From the IMG/VR virus record IMGVR_UViG_3300025018_000224, positions 1 to 45,105 of that record: DNA of 45,105 bases. The stretch is one strand, 5' to 3'. The position numbers were made by a program, and so were the translations under genes. This stretch comes from a virus. Its lineage: Duplodnaviria > Caudoviricetes. The first letter of the stretch is position 1, and the number at the start of each line of letters is the position of its first letter. This document shows positions 8,792 to 17,640 of this stretch, one piece after another. The notes beneath the pieces were generated by a model. The model was not told the origin of the DNA. It saw only the letters and a program-made list of their open reading frames with translations, and ran no database searches.

Positions 8792-9048
8792 TGAGTAAAA
8801 CAATTCGTTGCCCTTCCTGTAATTGGGTTGCGACAAAAACAACTACGACTGTGAAGATTACGAAAGATAAAGACCGGGGTCGGCGGTATCGAGTATGCTG
8901 CAATTGTGGCCTTAAATTTGCCACCGTTGAGTTAACGATTTCAGAGTTTGATTATTTGCAAATATGTAAACGTATAGTGTTTGGCTTGTCAAATGAAATT
9001 CAAGTGAACAATGAAATTCGATTAAACACAGCAAGGAAATTAGGATGA
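8791..9048 (+). CDS. NrdR/Ogr-like zinc-ribbon protein, possible transcription regulator
   Basis: IRCPSC...RRYRVCCNCGLKFATVE resembles the NrdR N-terminal ribbon; no ATP cone. Confidence 0.7.
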   Translation: MSKTIRCPSCNWVATKTTTTVKITKDKDRGRRYRVCCNCGLKFATVELTISEFDYLQICKRIVFGLSNEIQVNNEIRLNTARKLG

Positions 9049-9410
9049 CCAAGCTATCGCATCAAGGATTGGATCTTCATCTTTCCGTCCCGACATTCCC
9101 GCAGAACACAGTGCCGAATGGTGCACTGCAACCGCATCTTGCTTGTCAGGCTTGTTTCTATTATTACATACTTGCCATGATGCAGAAGGAACGGGTTGGT
9201 CGGGGGCCAGAGGATCAGATTCTCCTTGAGGGAGAGCCTTGGCAGGACACGCATTTCAGAGAATTGAAGCAGACGATTGCAATGCTTTACGGGATTACGC
9301 CGGATAGAATGGATGCGTTTTGGGGCGAAGTACACCGGGAAGCACAAAGGCTTGGGCTGCCTGAACCGCATTCGTCACTTTTGTTAAAGCAGATTATCAT
9401 TGTGAATTGA
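9045..9410 (+). CDS. Hypothetical protein
   Basis: ATGA overlap; AAGGA SD. Confidence 0.75.
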   Translation: MTKLSHQGLDLHLSVPTFPQNTVPNGALQPHLACQACFYYYILAMMQKERVGRGPEDQILLEGEPWQDTHFRELKQTIAMLYGITPDRMDAFWGEVHREAQRLGLPEPHSSLLLKQIIIVN

Positions 9411-9419
9411 GGTGATGTG

Positions 9420-9776
9420 ATGTTAGTTAAGAAAAGTGCCGGCAGGCATAAATTTTATATTTCAATACAGACTAGGAAAGACTTTAAATTTCCAAATGAG
9501 CGTGGAAGTAAACGTTTTATGAAAAACGTGTGGCCAATTCTCTTTGATAGCCGGGAAGACGCGCAGAAAGTAGCTGAGTCATTGCCTGTATTTTTTGCCT
9601 CGAACCAACGTCTTGGAATGAAATCAAATATCAAAAGTTTCTGTATGTGTCGGACGAAAAAAAGAATTACACCTACTTTTTTATCCTTGCCCATCGCAAA
9701 GAGGGTAAAAAAATTTCAGGCAAATTATATCTTTGCAAGTGATCTAACGCAGCAAGCAGCAAGCAGCAAGGAATAA
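9420..9776 (+). CDS. Basic hypothetical protein, AT-rich
   Basis: GAGGTG SD; Lys/Phe-rich; fills operon gap. Confidence 0.6.
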   Translation: MLVKKSAGRHKFYISIQTRKDFKFPNERGSKRFMKNVWPILFDSREDAQKVAESLPVFFASNQRLGMKSNIKSFCMCRTKKRITPTFLSLPIAKRVKKFQANYIFASDLTQQAASSKE

Positions 9777-9781
9777 AATCA

Positions 9782-10777
9782 ATGCCACGCATGGATGAAT
9801 TGAAACCTGAAACCCTTCTCGCCCGGGTCCTCATGATTGGACCTGCGAAGATTGGGAAGACTCACTGGATTACTGAGGCCGCGAAAGCTGGTTTCCGTAT
9901 TCTGTATCTTGATGGTGATGTGTCAAAGCAAACGATTGTTTCCGCAGCGCCGCAGCACCTAGCGAATATCTACTACATGGATTGCCATGATTCTCTTGCG
10001 CAGCCCAGGTTCGGTAGGATTGTATCGCATTTAATCACCGAGAAGACGGCGGTGTGGAACGATACCGAACAGAGGCTTTATCTTCGTGGCCTCAAGGTGA
10101 ATCCGAACGCTGAATACTGGGAGGTTTCCCTGGCTGCTTTGGATTCGTCTTGGATCGTAGTGATTGATTCCTGGACAGCATTGGCCTGGTCATGGAAACG
10201 AGATTGGGCCGTTGATGAGGGGATTGATCTGGCTTCGTTGAATCTTGGCGCTGATTCACGTCCAATGTATGGATCGACGAATGTTACTGCGTCCGCTACG
10301 TTGGCGATGATTGGTTGTTTGCCTTGTCATCTTGTAGTTATCGCGCACCAGGATGAGTTCGTGAAGTATAAGAACAAGCCTGGAAAGGTGAAGGACGCAC
10401 AGAAGGATCAGGAAATACTTTGGTCTCGAATGATCCCGGTGTCGGTGTCGAAGCCGCACGGTATGCAATTGTGTAAACATTTCAGTGATGTCCTGTGGAT
10501 GGATGTCGATGCGATGGGGCGTAGGATGGTTGACGGTTCCGTATCTGGGGATCGTGAAGGGGGCTCAAGGTTTAACGGAAGGAAACTTTCGACGGAGTAT
10601 TCATTCGCGAATTTAGTAACGCAAATGGGCGGGAGCCTTCCTGCCAGCCCAACGGAAGCAGGGATTCATATCTGCAAACCCGGTGAATTCCAATCTGTCC
10701 CCGGGGGAAATAAAGTAATCGACGCACAAGCAGCCAAGGCAAATACGAATACGCTGGCTGGTCTCATTAAGAAGTAA
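9782..10777 (+). CDS. Sak4-like / AAA_24 P-loop ATPase (recombinase-type)
   Basis: Walker A GPAKIGKT, Walker B IVVIDSWT, VVIAH; lies between exonuclease and SSB. Confidence 0.8.
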   Translation: MPRMDELKPETLLARVLMIGPAKIGKTHWITEAAKAGFRILYLDGDVSKQTIVSAAPQHLANIYYMDCHDSLAQPRFGRIVSHLITEKTAVWNDTEQRLYLRGLKVNPNAEYWEVSLAALDSSWIVVIDSWTALAWSWKRDWAVDEGIDLASLNLGADSRPMYGSTNVTASATLAMIGCLPCHLVVIAHQDEFVKYKNKPGKVKDAQKDQEILWSRMIPVSVSKPHGMQLCKHFSDVLWMDVDAMGRRMVDGSVSGDREGGSRFNGRKLSTEYSFANLVTQMGGSLPASPTEAGIHICKPGEFQSVPGGNKVIDAQAAKANTNTLAGLIKK

Positions 10778-10799
10778 TCAGGCAGAAGGAATACAGGTC

Positions 10800-11018
10800 A
10801 TGCTCGTCAAGGAACTGATTCGGGAATTGACATTCCATGATATGGATGCGGAGGTAGTCGTCGCTGGATTGCCGGATTCCGACGCCATCGGGAATGAAGA
10901 AATTCGGTCTGTGGTTACGGAACCGGATGACGTGAGTGAGGATGAAGAAGGAGATGACACGGAACCGGATGAAGAAGAACCGGAACTGAAACGCGTCATG
11001 CTGATGATTGACGTGTAA
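10800..11018 (+). CDS. Small acidic protein
   Basis: MLVKELIREL...DAEV start; D/E-rich segment; AAGGA SD. Confidence 0.75.
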   Translation: MLVKELIRELTFHDMDAEVVVAGLPDSDAIGNEEIRSVVTEPDDVSEDEEGDDTEPDEEEPELKRVMLMIDV

Positions 11019-11071
11019 GTTCGTTACTACCCAATACGTGAATCAACTCACTGAAACAAGGATACCATACT

Positions 11072-11551
11072 ATGAGTGACACCAAAGCTGCTCAGTTTTC
11101 TCTCGCTGATCTTGCTGGAATCAACGTCGATGACGTGCAGGAATTCCGTTACACGACCCTGCCGAAGGGAGCGTATACGTTCCAGTGCGAAGACGCGAAG
11201 TTGGACGAGATTGGCGGCGAGGAAGTTCCTGCTGCTATCTTCGAAGTGAAGGTCATGGAAGTGCATGGCTTGACGGGTTTGAATCCGGGCGAAACGGAGG
11301 AAGAATTCGTTGGTCAGACTCACCGTGAAGTGTTCTTCCTTCGGGAAGCGAAGGACGTTGGCCGTGTCAAAGCATTCGTCATTGATGCTGGGTTCGCGTT
11401 GCCGGAGAAGATCGCGTTCGCTGATATGCTCGCGGTCTTTAAGGGACATGTGTTCCCTGGGCGAATCAAGCATCGGGCGGACAAGAATGACAAGTCGATT
11501 GTCTACGCGAATATCACGCTGGACAAATCGGCGGGGCAGAAGGCCGCGTGA
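11072..11551 (+). CDS. Putative single-stranded DNA-binding protein (DUF669-like)
   Basis: LPKGAY...VYANI pattern; follows Sak4-like gene; AAGGA SD; terminator downstream. Confidence 0.65.
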   Translation: MSDTKAAQFSLADLAGINVDDVQEFRYTTLPKGAYTFQCEDAKLDEIGGEEVPAAIFEVKVMEVHGLTGLNPGETEEEFVGQTHREVFFLREAKDVGRVKAFVIDAGFALPEKIAFADMLAVFKGHVFPGRIKHRADKNDKSIVYANITLDKSAGQKAA

Positions 11552-11566
11552 TTCTACTCTGACGTG

Positions 11567-11600
11567 GAGGGAGGGGTTTCGGCTCCTCCCTTTCTTTATT
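11567..11600 (+). terminator. Intrinsic terminator after SSB
   Basis: GGGAGGGGT-TTCG-GCTCCTCCC then TTTCTTTATT. Confidence 0.7.
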
Positions 11601-11611
11601 CGAGGTGCGCG

Positions 11612-11935
11612 ATGCAGATATTCAATTCAAAAGGGCAGTTATTGGGTTGGTATCTCCAATCTATGCCATTACGGCCTGGATACTATTTTCGTGTGGCCGA
11701 AGAGCCGGGGTTGTCAATGTCACAAGTGAATGATCTATCTCCTGGGTCACCGAAGGATACGGTAAAAATAAATGTGCATCATTTATTTGTGCCCGGAACA
11801 AGATTTTATAATAAAACCATGAAGGAATTGCCGTCAGAATATTACATCGTTGACGATAACTTGCCTGATTGGTTTTGGAATAACAGCAACGCGGTTAAAT
11901 TTACTGGTTTTAATATAAAAGATCAGAGGTTTTAA
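11612..11935 (+). CDS. Hypothetical protein
   Basis: GAGGT SD before ATG 11612; TAATG coupling to polymerase. Confidence 0.7.
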   Translation: MQIFNSKGQLLGWYLQSMPLRPGYYFRVAEEPGLSMSQVNDLSPGSPKDTVKINVHHLFVPGTRFYNKTMKELPSEYYIVDDNLPDWFWNNSNAVKFTGFNIKDQRF

Positions 11936-14475
11936 TGGCCAACGAACGCATTCTTTATTTCACGGATAAGACAGGTATCTCCACGGGATACCGAACGTTG
12001 TTTCACCAAATCCTTCTGAAGAATCGGATACGTGTAAGCCAAGTATTAACGACAAGTGTCTATGCCAAGATACCAGAAGCATTGAAGAAGGTAACGCAGA
12101 AGCGTTGGGGCCTGAATAAGGAACATACGGCAGAAGTGATTCAAGTTGTAGACGCGATGATTAAGATTGCCAAACCTTCAATGCTTGTAGTATCTTGCCC
12201 GGCAGTCCTCGGTGCGCTGGTTGGGGTCGACAATATCGAGAGTTGCCGGGGTAGTGTTTATGCTTATCGCGGGCTTCCGGTTGCCGTTGTTCTCCCAATC
12301 AGTGCGCTGAATACCCATGTCCAAACGAAGATGCGGGATGAGGAAGGTGTCAATGTATATAAGGTGAAGGCAGGAAGTTGGATTCTTCAACAGGATTGGG
12401 GGAAGATTGGACGGTGGTTCCGCGGGGAGAAGAAAGCACAACCGCCATTTGTCTACTCCGTAGCGCGAACATTGGATGAAGTGAAGTTCGCCTGTGAGTG
12501 GCTTTCTCGTGCGGTTGCTATCTCTATGGATATTGAGACTAAGGGAGCTGACGTATTCATTTCGTGTATTGGCTACACAGGGATGCTACCCTCGGGAGAA
12601 ATGCGGACGTTTGTCGTTCCGTTCTACAGCGCGTTCATTCCAGGAGGGAATTACTGGGGATCGCAGGAGTCACTTGGCGAAGTGGTCTTGATTGTTCGGG
12701 AGATTAACAGCAACAATGCGATTAAGATTCTCCAGAATGGCGGGTATGATGCGTCTCATTGCATTTATTGGCGTTTACCTTTTGCCGGTTATTACCTTGA
12801 TACTTTACATTTGTGGCATTCTCTTTACTGCGAGTTACCTAAGCGTCTTGATTTCATTACTTCTTTCTGCTGCGATGACTATGAATTTTGGAAAGAAGAT
12901 AGTAAGGGGATTGAAGAAGTCGATGAGTTGAAACGTGATAAAGACATGGAGAAGTACTGGCGGTATAACGCCTTGGATTGTTATTATACTTTTGTCAATA
13001 CTCTCGTCCTTTTGCCTACGGTACTTAAGCAAGAATGGGCGATCGGTAATTATGAGAAAGAATTCAGATCGAAATTATGTTATTTAATCATTTCACTCCG
13101 AGGCATTCACGCGAATAAAGTGCGGCTCGGGGAGCATGAGGGTCACTTACTTCAGGAATCCGAGCAGCTTGAACATGAATTGAAGATCATGGTGGATGAC
13201 CCTGACTTCAATCCGCGCTCGCCCGCCCAGGTATCGCAGTTATTCTACGAAATACTCGGGGCGAAGAAACGAAAGATTCAAGGGAAGTTCGGCAACGTGA
13301 GTGAGTTGACACTCAGAGCGATTTCACATGACCATCCGTTATTTGCTGCATACGCAGAGAAGCTGAGGAAGACGAAGCAGCCGAGGAAAACGATCTCGGA
13401 TATCTGCCGTGCTCGAATGAAGACGAGTAGAATACGGACGAATCTAAATGCTGCGGGAACTGAGACATGGCGATGTTCGTCAGCTACATCGAATTTCTGG
13501 GATGGTCGAAATCTACAGAATATTCCGGCTAAGTTCCGTGATTGGATGGAAGCGGATGACGGCTACTTTATGTTTGACGCAGACTACTCGCAGTCAGACG
13601 CGGTGTTCGTGGCCTATGAATCCGAGGATGAAAAATACATAGAGACGATGTCATCGGGGAAGGATAGCCATGCGCTACATGCAGCGTACTTCTTCAGAAC
13701 GACTTACGAAATTATTATTAAAGGTGTTAAGGAAGACGACCCGTTCATTGTCCATCCGACCAAAGGTATTAGGAACCTTACCAAACGGGTGGTTCATGGA
13801 GCGAACTTTCGTATGGAGGGGACGACGTTATTCTTCACCATGCGCAAGGAAGCTGTTATTGCTGCGGCTATTGCTTTGGGTCATCGCGATGCGCATCGTT
13901 GGCAAGACAAACAACTCATTAAGTTTGCTCAGACTTTATTGGACGGATTCAGGAAAGATTTATATCCAGGGTTACCTGCTTGGTATTCCAGAATCGAAAC
14001 GAAAATTAAACAAACGCGGATGCTCACGAACGCGTATGGGATGACTCGGGTAATTTTTGGGGATGTGACAGATCAAGGAACATTCCGGGAAGGCACGGCA
14101 TTCTTTGGGCAGGGGGATACAGCAGGGAACATCAATCGTTCTGTTCATGAATTAATGCTTGGGTATATCCCGAAGACTTTCCGTGATGGGCCGAACCCAC
14201 ACAGAAATGAGAAGGCGTATAACGCAGAGAAGGATGGAGTTCAATTCCTTTTACAAGTTCATGATTCACTTGTCGGACAGATTCCGGTTAAAAGCAATTA
14301 TGTTACGATCCTAAATAACATCTTGACAGTGATGGAGCGTCCTTGTATTATTAACGGGCGCATCATGAGAGTAGCTGCTGATTGCAAGGTCGGGGTACCT
14401 TGGGGAAAATCCATGATTAAATGGAACAGGGATAACCCACCTAGCATCGAAGCCATTCTTGCGACACGTGGTTGA
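11935..14475 (+). CDS. polA: Family A DNA polymerase with 3'-5' exonuclease and degenerate UDG-like N-terminal domain
   Basis: Exo I DIET, Exo II NGGYD, Exo III YNALD; motif A DADYSQSD, motif B RNLTKRVVHGANF, motif C QVHDSL. Confidence 0.93.
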   Translation: MANERILYFTDKTGISTGYRTLFHQILLKNRIRVSQVLTTSVYAKIPEALKKVTQKRWGLNKEHTAEVIQVVDAMIKIAKPSMLVVSCPAVLGALVGVDNIESCRGSVYAYRGLPVAVVLPISALNTHVQTKMRDEEGVNVYKVKAGSWILQQDWGKIGRWFRGEKKAQPPFVYSVARTLDEVKFACEWLSRAVAISMDIETKGADVFISCIGYTGMLPSGEMRTFVVPFYSAFIPGGNYWGSQESLGEVVLIVREINSNNAIKILQNGGYDASHCIYWRLPFAGYYLDTLHLWHSLYCELPKRLDFITSFCCDDYEFWKEDSKGIEEVDELKRDKDMEKYWRYNALDCYYTFVNTLVLLPTVLKQEWAIGNYEKEFRSKLCYLIISLRGIHANKVRLGEHEGHLLQESEQLEHELKIMVDDPDFNPRSPAQVSQLFYEILGAKKRKIQGKFGNVSELTLRAISHDHPLFAAYAEKLRKTKQPRKTISDICRARMKTSRIRTNLNAAGTETWRCSSATSNFWDGRNLQNIPAKFRDWMEADDGYFMFDADYSQSDAVFVAYESEDEKYIETMSSGKDSHALHAAYFFRTTYEIIIKGVKEDDPFIVHPTKGIRNLTKRVVHGANFRMEGTTLFFTMRKEAVIAAAIALGHRDAHRWQDKQLIKFAQTLLDGFRKDLYPGLPAWYSRIETKIKQTRMLTNAYGMTRVIFGDVTDQGTFREGTAFFGQGDTAGNINRSVHELMLGYIPKTFRDGPNPHRNEKAYNAEKDGVQFLLQVHDSLVGQIPVKSNYVTILNNILTVMERPCIINGRIMRVAADCKVGVPWGKSMIKWNRDNPPSIEAILATRG

Positions 14476-14507
14476 ATTGTGCACAGTGAAACCTTAAGGA
14501 GAATACC

Positions 14508-14768
14508 ATGAGTGAACCGACTCCCACGACTATCTTCTCGGCTCCGGATGATGTTACCGGAATTGTCGATGCCACGGCGGCGGCGGAAATCGCGGCCATC
14601 ATGGCGAAGCTTAAGGCTCTCATTCCCGATCCGGATACGGCTCCGGCAAATCGCGATGATACGGCGGTTGGAATGAGCGCCGATCAAATCTCCCCGATGC
14701 TAGCGCTTCAGCTTCGTGCGGAGATTGCTGCGGTTGCTGCCGCGATTGCTGCGGCTCCTGCGGCCTAG
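14508..14768 (+). CDS. Ala-rich small protein
   Basis: TAAGGAG SD; own downstream terminator. Confidence 0.8.
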   Translation: MSEPTPTTIFSAPDDVTGIVDATAAAEIAAIMAKLKALIPDPDTAPANRDDTAVGMSADQISPMLALQLRAEIAAVAAAIAAAPAA

Positions 14769-14785
14769 CCTCCCTGTAGCCTTGG

Positions 14786-14835
14786 TGAGTGGCGTATTTT
14801 TCTCAGCCTCCCAACGCCACTCACTCTTTTTATTT
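14786..14835 (+). terminator. Terminator-like hairpin
   Basis: GTGAGTGGCGT...ACGCCACTCAC stem then TCTTTTTATTT. Confidence 0.7.
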
Positions 14836-14846
14836 GAGGTATTTGA

Positions 14847-15047
14847 ATGAGTGATTTGATAGTGAAGACGGGAGATGAGTGTATGACTTGCCGGACATTG
14901 TTCGTTCGGAAAGTCATTGAAGTCTCGAAAGGATTTTGTGTGATTTCCGCGTGCCGTTGCGGCCCGTATGCTCGGGAGAGCGCGATTTATTTCAATCGGG
15001 AGACAGCGGAGAAAGCGTTGAAATCTGGCAAGTATGAAAGAATGTAA
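14847..15047 (+). CDS. Small Cys-containing phage protein (GPYARES motif)
   Basis: GAGGT SD; CxxC and CxC. Confidence 0.75.
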   Translation: MSDLIVKTGDECMTCRTLFVRKVIEVSKGFCVISACRCGPYARESAIYFNRETAEKALKSGKYERM

Positions 15048-15058
15048 GGGAGCGTGTC

Positions 15059-15691
15059 ATGGGTATCAATGTTTACCACGGTAGAACGTTTGTTGGCGTT
15101 CTTGATTTATCTTTGCCTGAACCCTTCAAGCAAGGTGTATATGCCGGTTATTTAACAACTTGCACAATTTTCGATCTTACATTTCACTATTATATCGCCA
15201 AAGCAAATAACATACATTTACGCTACATAGGTACGGAGACAATAGAGAGAATACAGGAAGCAATTTGGAAGTATAACAAAGAGCAGCAATGGATGAAAGA
15301 GAATCCATCGGAACAAATGAAAGCCGTAAGTCAAACAACGGAGCAACCGAAACTTCGTCTCGACTTGATCCCTCCGGAATTCATTGATATCATCGGACAG
15401 GTATTGACGGAAGGGGCGCAGCATCACGGGGATACAACGTGGGAAGGTAATGTCAAAGTGACGAAGCACTTAGCGTCACTCAAACGTCATCTACTCGCGT
15501 ATGAATTTGGGCATGACATTGATCCTGAATCATCATTGCACGCAATGGGGCATGTTGCAGTTCGTGCCTTGATGCTCTACACAATTTGGTTTCGGCAGCA
15601 GCATCATCTCGATGACAGAAGGAATGAATTCACGAGGAAGCAGGATTTCACGACTGTCCTACGTGAAGCATCTGTTATCACGCCGCGTTAA
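15059..15691 (+). CDS. DUF5664-type dATP/dGTP diphosphohydrolase domain protein
   Basis: KLRLDLIPP...GAQHHG..W...LKRHL...DIDPESSLHAMGH matches the family pattern; extra N-terminal region of about 90 aa. Confidence 0.75.
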   Translation: MGINVYHGRTFVGVLDLSLPEPFKQGVYAGYLTTCTIFDLTFHYYIAKANNIHLRYIGTETIERIQEAIWKYNKEQQWMKENPSEQMKAVSQTTEQPKLRLDLIPPEFIDIIGQVLTEGAQHHGDTTWEGNVKVTKHLASLKRHLLAYEFGHDIDPESSLHAMGHVAVRALMLYTIWFRQQHHLDDRRNEFTRKQDFTTVLREASVITPR

Positions 15692-15695
15692 CTCT

Positions 15696-17021
15696 ATGCA
15701 GTTTAATAACGAGTTTTTGAATCTATACATGCAGATGGTGGAAGACACGGAATCACCCCGTAGTTACCATCTATGGAGTGCTTTATTCGGTATTTCATCG
15801 TGCCTTGGTCGGCGTGTATGGCTTCCTTTCGGGCACATGAAAATCTGGCCGAATCAATATATTCTACTCGTCGGTAATCCAGCAACTAGGAAAAACACGG
15901 CGATGAATATTCCGAAACATATCCTTCAAGAGCATACCAGTGTCAGATTTGCTCCGCATGATACAGGCGGGCAGCGGCAGGGAATTATTCGCGCGCTTGA
16001 AAAGGCGTATGATAATGAGGCTGAGATACAAGCCCAGTTGGATGGCATGGACGCCAAGGCATTCAACGCGCTAAGTACGGAAGATATTGGTGCTCTGCAA
16101 TTGGATAACCGCGTTGACCCGCGTGATCGCCATGTGCTCTCAGTTTGTTCCGGGGAGATTTCACAATTTTTCGGACAGCGTAACGCTACGATGTTAGACT
16201 TCCTCATTGAAATGTGGGATGGCGGAAGTGATTACAGATATGAAACATCAAGTCAAGGGAAGAATAAGGACATCATTTTGAATGACCCATTGATGTCAAT
16301 TCTCGGGTGCACTACGCCTGCGTCATTAGTCGAATCATTACCGCAACAGGCTGGAAGTAAGGGCTTTCTCTCTCGTGTCATTCTGGTTTATGGAGCGCAT
16401 AAATATAAAAGTATTCCAAGACCACAAGAACCTGATGCGGAATTAGTTGACGCTGTGAAGACGCGGTTCACTGAATTAAATTATGAATTTTCTGGCGCCA
16501 TGAAGGAGACTGAAGATGCCGCGAAATACACGGAGCAGGTATATGAAGAGCCTTCGGCAATTACGGATTCGCGATTTATTTATTACAACGAACGACGTTT
16601 TACTCACTTTCTCAAACTTGGGATGTTACTTGCTGCGGCACGTGGCAGTGCAACCATTGTCAAAGAGGATTACGAAGAAGCAAATGAAATCCTCATTCGG
16701 ACCGAGGAATCAATGCCAGATGCGCTTGGTGAATTTGGGATGTCGCCCATTGCGGCAGCCAAGCAAACGATCCTCGAATTCATGCGGGCGGCAAAGGAAC
16801 CTGTGACCACAAGTATACTTGCGGCTGTAATGCATCGTGATGTACGGATGCATGATTTAGCCCAATGCTTGAAAGATTTGACATCTGCGGGACAGATCAT
16901 CCAGGAGAATCATCCGACCCTCGGGTTGGTTTACTTGCCGAAGTTGAAGGAAGGTGGGATTGAACAGCTAATGGATTTGATGCGGGATGATGGTGCTGAA
17001 AATGAGGAGGCGGCGGAATGA
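15696..17021 (+). CDS. DUF3987-like AAA+ ATPase, probable replicative helicase
   Basis: TESP..YHLW, WPNQYILLVGNPATRKNT (Walker A-like), SILGCTTP, GFLSRVI; possible C-terminal winged helix. Confidence 0.7.
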   Translation: MQFNNEFLNLYMQMVEDTESPRSYHLWSALFGISSCLGRRVWLPFGHMKIWPNQYILLVGNPATRKNTAMNIPKHILQEHTSVRFAPHDTGGQRQGIIRALEKAYDNEAEIQAQLDGMDAKAFNALSTEDIGALQLDNRVDPRDRHVLSVCSGEISQFFGQRNATMLDFLIEMWDGGSDYRYETSSQGKNKDIILNDPLMSILGCTTPASLVESLPQQAGSKGFLSRVILVYGAHKYKSIPRPQEPDAELVDAVKTRFTELNYEFSGAMKETEDAAKYTEQVYEEPSAITDSRFIYYNERRFTHFLKLGMLLAAARGSATIVKEDYEEANEILIRTEESMPDALGEFGMSPIAAAKQTILEFMRAAKEPVTTSILAAVMHRDVRMHDLAQCLKDLTSAGQIIQENHPTLGLVYLPKLKEGGIEQLMDLMRDDGAENEEAAE

Positions 17022-17218
17022 AACATGAAGGGCAACGTAGAGAAAAAGGACGATGGATTCACGGCTTCATCATCCGACATGTTTATCTGAGTATGGCCAA
17101 TTGTAATTACTGGCTGCTGATGCGAGACGGTAAACGCGTTGATTCATTTTTAACTGAGAAAAACGCGGTGAAGAAAGCGTACGACATCATCGCGGAAGAA
17201 GAACTTGTTGCCCTGTAA
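17018..17218 (+). CDS. Hypothetical protein
   Basis: GAGGAGG SD; ATGA overlap. Confidence 0.65.
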   Translation: MKHEGQRREKGRWIHGFIIRHVYLSMANCNYWLLMRDGKRVDSFLTEKNAVKKAYDIIAEEELVAL

Positions 17219-17235
17219 ATAAGGAGACCAAACAA

Positions 17236-17640
17236 ATGCAGTATTTCGAAGTTAAATTACCAAGCGGTGCTATCTCTCCCAGACTCGTACATGATTCAAT
17301 GGTCGGGGCATTGCTGGCGGACACTGGTTTGCAAGTTATCTACCAATGCATACTTCCACCCCAATGGGAATCATATACCCTGGATAAAATTCAGCGGGTA
17401 CTCAATCGGGCTGATCAATTTATTCCTCCTGTATGCAACGCGCCGGAAGCTCCGACTGCAGCCACTGATGCAATTGACCCCGATGACTTCGTAATTTGCC
17501 ATGATGTGAGATTCAAAGATTTGCATGGCGACGAGCATTGGTTAGGTGATGTGTTGTTGCATCATTTGGAAAGGGAAGTTCGTGGGATTCTATGCGGGAA
17601 ATTGAGGGATGAAGGAAACGATAAATGCCAAACCTGTTAA
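17236..17640 (+). CDS. Hypothetical protein
   Basis: TAAGGAG SD. Confidence 0.75.
   Translation: MQYFEVKLPSGAISPRLVHDSMVGALLADTGLQVIYQCILPPQWESYTLDKIQRVLNRADQFIPPVCNAPEAPTAATDAIDPDDFVICHDVRFKDLHGDEHWLGDVLLHHLEREVRGILCGKLRDEGNDKCQTC

Noticed and set aside
11935-15691. 2-aminoadenine (Z) genome system
   Set aside because: No PurZ/adenylosuccinate-synthetase-like ORF; a DUF5664-like gene alone is insufficient
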